A DNA stretch of 49,108 bases, the filler included, from Sphacelaria rigidula (taxonomy: Eukaryota): assembly GCA_964200075.2 (NCBI GenBank). It is 3 parts of 3 records of this genome, joined end to end, with 100 filler letters (N's around TTAATTAATTAA, not from the genome) between each part and the next. Parts side by side here need not be neighbours in the genome. Positions count along the whole stretch, not along the records: positions 16,406 to 32,707 come from CAXNAA020001403.1; positions 32,808 to 49,108 come from CAXNAA020001404.1; 1 more part is not named here. One strand, given 5' to 3'. This document shows positions 26,856 through 40,800 of this stretch, piece by piece. The notes below the pieces were generated by a model. That model made no database searches. It was not told the DNA's origin and was given only the letters and a program-made list of their open reading frames with translations. The translations under genes were made by a program, and so were the position numbers. Within the stretch, counting starts at the first letter, position 1, and every line of letters starts with the position of its first letter.

Positions 26856-27225
26856 ACCACCACCCACCCGCCCCNNNNNNNNNNCGTTTAGCCTTTTTTT
26901 TTTTCTTTTTGCGGGGGAAACCCCCCCCTGCCCCCTTTTTTTGTTGCACCCCTCCCCCCCCCCCCCCCGTCCCCCGCATCGTAGAATCAGTCGCGTCGTA
27001 GTTTCAATCATCTCTGCTCCGGGGGCTGTCAGCCACCTGTTCCTCTCGACAATAGTATATAACAAGGATGAACAAAATCACACCGTCGACCGTCAAGTCG
27101 ACTTTTGTGCACCCACAACATAGGTACCCGCTCTCCACCGTTGTTGTGCGTATTGTGTGAGAAAAAATCCCAGATCGCTCCGAGACTCGAAGTAACCGAC
27201 TGAGCCACCGAGGCTACTCTTCCTC

Positions 27226-27572
27226 CACACGCGGCCATTTGGCCACCCCCAAAATTCCTCCAGGTCGGTCAACTTTTCGATCCTCCAGAGGGCCTCCGGA
27301 GGGGTGCGCGGCCCTCCAGAGGAGATTTTTGGTTCCCTCCAGGGGGATTAAATGCCTCCGGAGGCTTGTTTTTGCCTCTGGCGGGCCGTGCATCTCTCCG
27401 AAGGCATTTTGCTATCCCCAAAAAAATTCCTCCGGAGAAGTGCACAGTCCTCCAAATCGGTAGTGTTTGGTTTCTTCCAGAGGGATTGAAGGCCTCCGGA
27501 GGCTTCTTTAGCCTCCGGAGGGCCGCGAATCCCTCCGGAGGCCTTCTGGGGGGTAGCCAAATGGCCACGTGT
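27226..27572. mobile_element. Palindromic MITE upstream of RPL31
   Basis: TIR CACACG(C/T)GGCCATTTGGC(C/T)ACCCCCA with many internal CCTCCGGAGG palindromes. Confidence 0.7.
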
Positions 27573-29444
27573 GATCGACATTTACGTCATTTTACACCAT
27601 ACATGTAGTACACGTTCGTCAACCGCGTTTCATGGCGGTCGACACTACTGGGGGATTGATTGTTCGCTAGTAGCATACTCGTACAACAGCGCCGCAAGTG
27701 AAATATAATTTTGCAGGCAACGTCCGAGTATTATTTTAATACCAACTGTGTATAGGGTGCACTTGTTGACTTTTCACCTGTGTAGTTTTCCCTGCGGCTT
27801 GTGGTGGACGATCTGATCATCACGTGTACATGTGACGAAGAGGTCTCGCACAAACCTCGATCCCTCTTCTGCGGAATGGGCAAGAGAGAGAAAAGGGGGT
27901 CGGCCATTCGACGGAAGAGCTATATCTTAGAGCAGGATGACAGCCATCACCCGCCACGGTTTCTTCGAGGGTTGTTGGTTGCCCGAATCAAAACGGATTT
28001 AGGGGGTGCGATGTGCAACGATATGACACTGCGAACACTGGTGGTGTCGACCTCGTGTATCGCCAATGCATGTCACGTTACCTTCAGTCGGTAATTCTGT
28101 TTACTACGTGAATTTCTGCGGGCTGGATCAATCATCAAGGTACCCGTAAAAATGTACTTCCTCGGTCTCATAACTTAATGTATCTATGGGCAATACGTTG
28201 TCTGGGCACAACCGTGTTAGTGAGGATAGTATAGTCGGGTTCGTTAAAACGGTGAAACGAAGACGAAGCTAGGGGGAAAAAAAACGGGGTTATATTCCTT
28301 TACCTGAAATGGGTTTTAATTTACCCTATTTTGGCTTATTTTGGGAACAAGTTTTAGAATGTTTTTTGAAAACGTTCTTGAGTTTCTCGAAAATTCTCAA
28401 AAACGTCCAAATTTAGTACCCTACCTGCCCACTACACCGTTCTAGCGATGGACTCGCCCCCCAGCACATCCCCACCTTGTAGATGGGGCGCCGAGATATC
28501 GGTTGGTGGCCGCTACGCAATGGCGGTAGAGATTGCGATGGTCATGCAGTCCCGTGGAAAAGGCGTGAAATACGACCATTTTTGGGCCGACTCATTTTTT
28601 TCGGCCGTTTGGCCGCATGGTTCAAGCATCAGCTGAAAAAAAGCGTACTCGAAAAACACCGAAGATTTCAACAAAAAAATCGAAGAACAGATCGGACACG
28701 GTTGAGGGCCCGTACAAATTTAGGTGACCTAACTTATGAGACAGAGGAAGTATGTGCATCGCGAAAAATGTCGACATCGACACCACTCCATATACAGTAT
28801 ACTGATTTTTTGGTCAAAGCAACGGCGAAACTGCAGTGCGACGATGAAACACCGCCTTCAAATCGCTCTGGACAAGCGTCGGCAGTCACCGCTATAATGG
28901 CTGTGATCTTAACTGCAACCGACTATTCGTCTCGGAGATTTGTGCATCCCCGAACAAATTTCTTCAGCCTATGACGGTTTCCCATGTGCCTGCATTTTGT
29001 GTGCCACTACGAGCACATTCGGAAAAGAAATGGTACACCACCGGTCAAGTCACCGCCGTACCGTGGCGGCGGGCACTTGCACGGAATGTCGGGCAACTTT
29101 TCATGATTCCATCGCAACTACAAGGGAAAATATTATCAATCGGATCATTCTGCCTGAATATGAATAACGAGTCCTCTTCTCTCATACCCGGCTGACGCAA
29201 GCGTAACAACAGTCAACACCACTCAACCTTCCACACAAAAACGTCGCAAAACAAAATCCAGCATGATCCAAGTGAGACACACACGCGAAAAGCCCTGCCC
29301 ACACACCTTCTCCCGCAGACCGCCCAACACAAGTGCACAATGCTAGCAATTCATGCATTTGGTTATTGAAACACACACACCCTCGCACACACAAGGCAGC
29401 ACAAGCAAACGCCCACCCACCCACCCCTCCCCCTCCAAAGCCCA

Positions 29445-32446
<3,002 letters not shown>

Positions 32447-32707
32447 TCATAGATAAACCGCCTGCCTTCGAAGGAACTTGCTATTGGTTAAAATCCGGCC
32501 AAAACTCTTGATAAAGTTATCGTGTAACTCGCACATCGTGTGACCACGGCTGGACCCCTGGGGTATCAGTTGAAGTGCGACAATCAATCAATCTCTCAAT
32601 CAAATTTCTCTTCAGCTGACGTGTTTGTAGGACCCCGTCCTACGGGGCGCCGTATCTTCATGTTTGTGAGCGCAGTTTTTTTTTTTTTCTCTTGCATTTC
32701 TGTCTTT

Positions 32708-32807
32708 NNNNNNNNNNNNNNNNNNNNNNNNNNNNNNNNNNNNNNNNNNNNTTAATTAATTAANNNNNNNNNNNNNNNNNNNNNNNNNNNNNNNNNNNNN
32801 NNNNNNN
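32708..32807. other. Artificial contig-concatenation linker
   Basis: Identical 100-bp N44-TTAATTAATTAA-N44 structure. Confidence 0.97.
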
Positions 32808-33950
32808 CCCCCCCCCCCTATCGTAGGATGACTCAAAACGCCCGTCTCTTGTGGTGAACAGCTTGAACAACGTGCGTACGGAGTGAGCCGGGCAGTAAAG
32901 GGATAACTTGTTGGCCCGATTTCACGTTGTGCAACGTACGTCAACGCGCCTATATTCTGGGACATTCTCCTTGCGGCGCAACCCGATGAGTCTGTACCAG
33001 GTTGTTCAACGCATCCATTCCCTAGGGAGACGTGAATGTGGGCAACTTGTGCCAGCGGCCATCCATGCAGATTTCGCGTTACCTGAGGTCGGCGGTAGCC
33101 TGTCCCGGGGCAAAACTACCCTCAGTCGCATTTGATCATCAATATCCATTCTCTACCTTCATCGGACCGGACCGGACCGAACCCGTGCCACTGTGTGTGG
33201 TTCGTACAAGTGAATCCACCGGTGGTCATGAGCTTGTTCTTTCCGCGTACGCAAAATTTCTTTGTGGATTTTCCTGGCATCAACAACGGAGACCTCGGAT
33301 TCACGGTTGGTGAGAGTCCGGTCCCGAAAATGTTGAGGTCAAAACTGCACAAAAACAGGACGTATGGCGCAGGATCTTAGGAAAATGTTATGATCTAGTT
33401 CGCGCGAACATGGTCTTGAAACCGCGCACCTCGTGCGATCTGCCGGAAACCCTGTCACGCCTGGTTCTATCGCAGAGTTCTTCGGCATAACGTTTGATGT
33501 TACGGGAATACACTGATCAACTTTTTGTTTTCCAGTCATGCCTTTTTTTGTAATTGGCACCGTTCAACACACACCACACCTACAATGGTTGATGTACCGC
33601 GTGATGTAGCTGGGTGTAGCATTCGCGCTGGATGTTCCGACTGGCTATGAAGTGAAGATTCGCGAAATTTCAGTGTTGTGAAGAGATGATATGACACCCG
33701 TTCTCAGTTGCCCCCAGTAAACTAACATGAAATATAAGTGAGCACAGATTCGAGGAATAACTGCATGTTTCCGTACTATATACCTTTGCTGTCAACGTTT
33801 TGGTTCGTTACTTTTGCATCGTACGCTGTTGCTCATCTCTACGGACGCATTTTCCGGTGCTTGTTTCACCGGTGGGGTAGGCGAACGGATGTGTCGTACC
33901 GTGCCGTCGGGTAGGGGCGTGCTGGTTTGTTGCTCACCTGTATCGTTTCA

Positions 33951-34220
33951 CCGTTGACCGCGCATCCCTTGCAAGACGGAGCACCGTTCTTGCTCCTACT
34001 TTAGACACCAACATTTTGGCGCTTACAACGTTTACTTGGTACATGGCCCAGAAACCTCTTGAAAATATCATCCCTGTCCTGTTTCGCCTTCCGTGAAGAC
34101 CATCGATCTCCTAGTATGACCACATTTCCCCCCCTGTGGTCCAGTGCATCACACGATATGATGCCACCTTCGTTCACGTTCCGCATTTCCCGCTCCAACA
34201 CGTCCTGTTCCTCCTTGTAC
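33951..34220 (-). mobile_element. Family B LINE fragment
   Basis: YKEEQDVLEREMRNVNEGG..VILGDRWS..AKQDRD is homologous to the 40290 and 48795 copies. Confidence 0.7.
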
Positions 34221-34818
34221 CGTTTATTTTCTAAATATCCGCCACTAGGCAAGTTCTACTCTATATTGCTTTGCCACAGGGGTAGTTCTGTGCATCTACC
34301 TCATCCTCCATTCGATTAGTGGTACCTCTTCCTTCTTTCTGGCAGGTCCAGGTCTCCCACCCGAAATCGCGAGATCAATTTTTCGTCGGGTGAGGGGGGT
34401 GGGACTAATATGGCCCCGTGTGCTCACTCGCATGAAACATGTCACGTGAAGTACCCGACAGTATAATTCAGCTTCGGACATTTTGTTTCTCTACCTTCAT
34501 CATTCCAGCGCGGGGTCTCCCCATCTACTTCGTATATCTTATCAGGGGATTGCACTCCGGTCCGTCCCCCGATCGGTGATCATGATCATCTGGCTTCGTC
34601 GACTAATGTACCCTCCTCACCGATTCTGTGAGTCAACGTGAGATCCTCCTTTTTGTCTACGAATGTACTCCGATCCGCTCTCTGTATGCATTTCGCTGGT
34701 ACTGCACAGGAGTTTCTCAACCCTTTCCACCACCCTCTTCCCCCCCCACCACTCTCGCCCCCATTGCCCGGACGTTCGTGAATGTATTTGATACCTCAGC
34801 TCACGCTCCCCGAATCAG

Positions 34819-37800
34819 ATGATGTAATGCCCCAAGTCGAAACCGGATCGCCATTTACGGCTGCGCATCGGTGGTTTAACTTCCAAGACGCGGAGATTCC
34901 ATGGGAAGAATACCAGGGGCTCTCGGAGGACCCGAAAATATGTCGCCCAAACACTGTGGACGGTGGAGCTGCAGCTTTCCGTTACGAACGTGAGCAGCAT
35001 AGACTGCGAACTTCTCTTTTTCCTGACACTTGCAGTGTTCGTTGGTCTTGTTCGAGGAACGAACCCTTCCCTCCTCATCCTCTGGAGACGATGAATCGGT
35101 TGTCCGCAGTCGCAAGAATACAACTCGTCTCCACAGAGCCTGCCTTCCACGTTCATGTATCAAACGTTGGACTGGATCAGCAGTATCGGAGCCCGTCGAT
35201 TTTCGTCGAGCCCATTTGAGCAGATTGAGCTAAAAAGCTGAGATGAGGCGTCCATGAGCGATGTTTTCTTCTCCTCAAACCTCCCCTAAAAAAAACAAAA
35301 ATGAAGGAAAACGAAAACAAATGAGGGGGAAGTATTTGTTTCTTGTTTCGTTATGCACTAGCGGTTCTCCATACGAGTTTTCCACACGCACCGTAGGTAA
35401 GGTAGGTACCCGGTACCGGTATTTGGGAAATCTCATACCCTACCGATACCGGTCCGATCGGGTATTTTCAAGTGTCATACTTACAATACCCACGATACCA
35501 CGGTATTTCGAGATGTCAATACCTACCGTACCCGCCCAATCTGGTATATTGAAATGTCACACCTGCGGTATATACCTACGATACCACGGTATTTCGAGAT
35601 TTCAATACCTACCGTACCCGCCCAATCGGTTATTTTCAAAACTCATGCCTATGATACCTACGATACCACGGTATTTTGATATTTCAATACCTACCGTACC
35701 CGCTAAATCGGGTATTTTCAAAGCTCATTGGATACACCAGTAAATACCAGGGGTACGCACAGTACGGTACCTTACCTACGGTTCCTGTGGAATTTTCACA
35801 GCATAACTCTCAAAAACTGAGACGCGATATCCAGAATTTGTTCATCTAGTGTCACTGCTCGTAATATATTGATTTCAGTACGGGGCCCCATGTGCGCCAT
35901 ACCTCGAGATAGATATCGAATCGGGCGAAGGTGAGGATATGTATCGTCTCCCCATGCTTCAGGACATGTCCACACCAAATTATATCGCCATCCGCTGAAT
36001 GTATCGTTCGGGGTTACATATAGAGTTTAGTATAGACGCTATCTCCGTACGGTGCAGGAAGTACTATAATAATAGACATGGGGTTTACTCAACGAGGAAA
36101 TATTGGCCAGACTTTTGAGCAGATGAGCACCTTCCCCTTGATTGGACGATTAATAATATGATGTGCGGATCACGGCCCTACCCGCCTGTGTCCGTTAAGC
36201 TCTCAGAGCAATATCTCATCGACACAGTCGAGTTGGGTCGTAATCTGCATATCGTATTAATATTCTTATCATGGGGAAGATGTCCATGTACTCAGATGTC
36301 TGGGCCATTTTTTACCCGTTGATTGAATCTCATAGCGTCAACACCAAAGTCTGTATCAAGCCCCGAACGATATATACAGCGTATGGTTCCTTCATTCCCC
36401 CCCCCCTTTTGTTGTTTTTTCAGCGGAGTTTCGAGGGAAAATGGATAGTGCTCTCCGATCTGATCTCAGTTTTTCAGCTCAATCTTGAAACTTATCACGG
36501 AGGATTGCAAAGGCATGCCGAAGAAAAAAAAGTGGGCCCTTCTTTTTCTTTTTCTTTTTCTGGAGAGGTACGGGCCTTCATGTGAAAATATGATCTTCAC
36601 TGTACTGAAGCGTCCTAAGCAAGTGGGTATATATATATATATATATATATATCAATATTTCCCACTTTGTTTGCTCGGTTATGGCCTAGCGAGGTCCCCC
36701 ACAAAGGTCCAAGGCACAAGTACCAGACCTGGGCCGGTAAACGGCCTTGAAAATGCTGTTCCGATTTTTTTGCCCTGCCCGGTTTCTAAATTGCCGTTTA
36801 ACACCTCAATTTTGCAAGTTAATTAAAACTTCGAAATTTGACGGAGAGGAAGAAACGGGCACGCTCAAACGCTGTCGCGCGGGACGCAAAAGTTTTTTTC
36901 CCCCCTCTTGAGTTGAGGGCGAAAATCAGTATCTTGATATGAGGGCAACACCGTCAGCTCACGGGAAAAAAAAACCGTTGCGTTCCGCGCGACAACGTTT
37001 TAGCATATGCCCTATTCTTCCTCCCTACCAAATTTCTAAGTCCAACTCGCAAAATTGAGGTGATACGGTGTCTAAAATCCACAAACTCGCGTCTTGGCAC
37101 GCCCAGTCTGTATGCGCTGTGTGTCTTTCAGGACCTTGAAAAACATCACCCTCGGATGGTAAGCTTTCGGAATCCTGAAAATTGTCACCCAGACTGTGTT
37201 TCATAGTATGTGCCAGGTGAAAAGCAGAGACTGCGACCAGTGGGTCGATTCCATGCGAGCCCACCAGGCCATTCTCAAACTTCTTTCTCGGCGTATCATG
37301 TTGATGGCTGTACATGCTGAACAGACGTCCACCAGGAGCTGCTGGGGTGCATGAACAAGGTAAAGCTTCGGGGATGCGAGGCGGCGTATCTGGGGAGTCT
37401 TGTAGACAAAGACCGAGCCTGCTCAAGACGAGATACTGAGAAGGAGGAGGAACGACGAACCGGTGCGGGGTCTCTGGTTATACATATGCGATCGGGAGAC
37501 ATATTCAACTCGCACGGAATTGGTGCGCGTGCTGACAATTTTGGCCAGGTGACGTTGAAGATGGCGTGGACGTAGCGTGTCGTGTGGACGCGGTAGGGAA
37601 CACCCGCAGTAGACCTACAAGCTTTGGTCGTATATCTATGGTTGACAAAATGACTGACTTGATTTTAGAGTTGAGAAAGTTCTGAGAGAATTTATGGTTT
37701 GAGGCAGGTGAGAGCAGCGGTCGTCCAGAGCTTGTTTTTATCGAAATCGGCGCCTGCGGCGTCGATTTCAGGTCTGCCGATGCACCCTTTGCCCAGGGGA

Positions 37801-40800
37801 GCCCATGCCCCCCCCTGCTCGAGTGTCTCGTGCACCTTGAGTTAGGGTTAGGGTTAAGGTTGGCGTTATCATTAGTTTGTTCGAAGAAATCAACCATAGA
37901 TATACGACCGAAATTTTAGGTCGCCTCGACGCGCGAAAATAGTACCCAACCCACTGACAGCTGATTCCCCAGCCTTTCTTTTTGCGCGCAAGTTGCTACG
38001 AAAATCATCATCTAGTCTGAGGTCGGAAAAAATGAATTTCCCTGGGTGTATGGAGCACTTCGTACGCAAATGTGCTCGGTATTTCATGTTTGAGCTATCC
38101 GTCTCCTCTTAGTGATTGAGAAACACAGGAAATACCGCGGCGCAACTCCTTCCAGGGCATGTATGGATTGGCGGGGATGGTTCACCCCACTTCGTAACCT
38201 CAAATTCATGGTTGCCACATGTTTGACATAACCCTACCGCTAAGCCTAACTCTGACCCCAACCAAGGCATCTAAGAGGCGATCACCGAAATTTAGGATAT
38301 AGTTTTTCGTTGACGATGATAACCCGTGAACTCATAATATTCGCATCCATATCAGTTCTTCGAAATATACTTCCATTCCTCCATCCGCCGGTAGGTATTG
38401 ATGACTACTACACGCCATACCAATTTGGATTCTCATGACCAAAATTTGGGAGTCCTCCGTGAAAAACACTGTGATGACGGTGATTCCCGAGATTTTGTTT
38501 TTCACCTAGGACCCACGTATTTCGGTCACCGGAATCCAAGTTGGTATGGCGTGTAGTAGCTATCAATAGCCACCGGCTGATGAAGGAATGGAAGTATATT
38601 TCGAAAATAATTCATATGGATGCGAATGCTCTTAGTTTCCGGGTTATCATCCTCAACCAAAAGCTTCATCCTCAATTTCGATGATAGGCTGTTCGTTTTC
38701 GAAGTGGTGGACGCACCATCATCTTGGCTAGAGCGCCGTATCGTGCTAGCAGTTTCCGGAGGAGAGAGCGGCTGCCTAAGTCGTACGCCTTTTGGAGGTT
38801 GATAAAGCACCTGCACAGCGGAATATTCTTGTCTCCAGCCAGTCCTTGGCGTTGGCGCATGACCTACATTCCGTCGACTGCGCACCGACTGTGTCGGAAA
38901 CCGTACTGGGCGTCTGCTGGGATTATGTATACGAGCAATATTGACTTGGCAGGGGAAGTTATTCTTTTTCAAAGTACTCACTTTCCTTCACCCAATTTTT
39001 GCAAGGTTAGGACGAATCATCACGACTACAAACCACCAAATCCACGATTTCTTCGGTCTAATTGCCCAAAAGGGAGTCAAAAGTCGACCGCTGGTCCAAG
39101 GGGTGGGTATCCACGCAACGTTTGCGCCATTCCACGTGTCTGGGCTGCGTGTACCTGGGTTGCAACGCTGAAACCAAAGCCTAGGGATTGATTCGTACGA
39201 TTCGAACCAATCACACAAGTAATTTCCAGACGAATCATCGATTTGTCCGACCCTTGACTATTTTGACTGTGAGGTCAGTTTGTAACCCCTGCATGGCGCA
39301 TTTCCCCACCGTACCCGTTGCTTCGTTCACGGTGCGTTGCGTACGTACCCAGCCTCCGCTCCAGTTCTACCTTTTCGCCATAGCATCGCAGCCTTGGGAT
39401 GATGTGATGGTGATCACGGCTACTGAGAGAGGGGGAGGCGTCGATCCTGCTTTCACCGCTCTGGAGACGATTGCAGAGAGTGGGGTCCTGCGGCCACAAA
39501 TACGGATGCTCAAGGTGAACAATGAAACGTGCGAATGTGACCGGTCGAGGTCAGCGAGCGCTGAGACAGGACCGCTCCTGTTTGGTGTATCCGGCTTGCG
39601 AAAATATCTTCGACAGCACAATGGGGATGATCGTACTACGTAGTGGGTCTATGGTGAGACACCCAGGGGGCAGTGTATAGGCCGTGGCTGCCTCTCGAAG
39701 TGGCAATACCAGAAAATAAAGTAACTAATTGTAGGCTGTCATCCAAATGCAAGATAATCAGTAGGCTTCGGACTGAACAATCTTGGCAGGATGCATCTCA
39801 CCCTTTATGTGACTCGCCGAGCACACCGCGCTTGGTGATTGAGTGCGAGCCCGGTCCGGCGAAAACCCGGCGTGCTCCGCCCTGGCTTGGTAGGGATGCG
39901 AGGCCAAGGTTATATGACTATGGCATGCATTATCATGAGTACCCCCCCCCCCCCCCCTCCAACTCCACGTACAACTCCATCGCCCAGAACTAATCATCGC
40001 CGCAAGACAAGATGTGTGCCTGTTTGGGTCAAAACGTTTTTGTCGCTATTTTCTCGTCAAATGAATCAACTTGATGGTTCCGCTGACTATACCAGTAGTA
40101 CTCATAGCTCTTCGTGTTCCTGGGCTGGACTCCCAGTATTCGCCTCAAGCTTTGTCGCAAGCGGCCGGCGTGGGAGGTGCCGAAAACAGTAATTCGGCGC
40201 TTGTAGGCGCATTCATATACCACTTGAGGCATGCAACGATACTTCGAGTGACTCCTCTCGTGCAAGACGTGGCTCATTCCCTCCCCGCCCCCTGTGATCT
40301 ATACAAGGCAGAACGGGACGTGTTGGAGAGGGGAATGCGGAAGGTAAATCGAAGTGGCATGAAGTTGTTCGACACATTAAACAGTAGGAAGAAAACGAGC
40401 GCCTTACTAGTGGATAGATGGTGGCCACAGACAGCGAAACAAAACGGGGTAAGATACGCCAAAGACTTTCGTGTTGTGTATGGAAGAAACGTGATGAGCG
40501 CCGAAACGTTGGAGGTGTCTTTATGAGGAGTAGGAACGGTGCTCCGTCTCTCAAGGAATGCGTGGTCAATGGTCAAACGACTAAGGCAAGAAAAAATGAG
40601 TAGCCCCCCCCCCCCCCCCCATCCCATTTCCTCCCGGCAATGGCCTCATGACTACGGCATGCAAGATCATGAGTACACCCTTTCCCCCATAGAGCTAGTG
40701 ATATGACCCCTCTTGTCCCTTGGTACACTTACGTGAGTTGGTCCTCAAATTCCACGGCCCACATACACTGCACATTCTCTATTTGTTTCGTTCTAGTTCT

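Noticed and set aside
34346..34389. 44-nt AG/GT-bounded segment with a good pyrimidine tract
   Set aside because: Its translation is uninformative and the surroundings look repeat-derived, so there is no support for including it in the gene.
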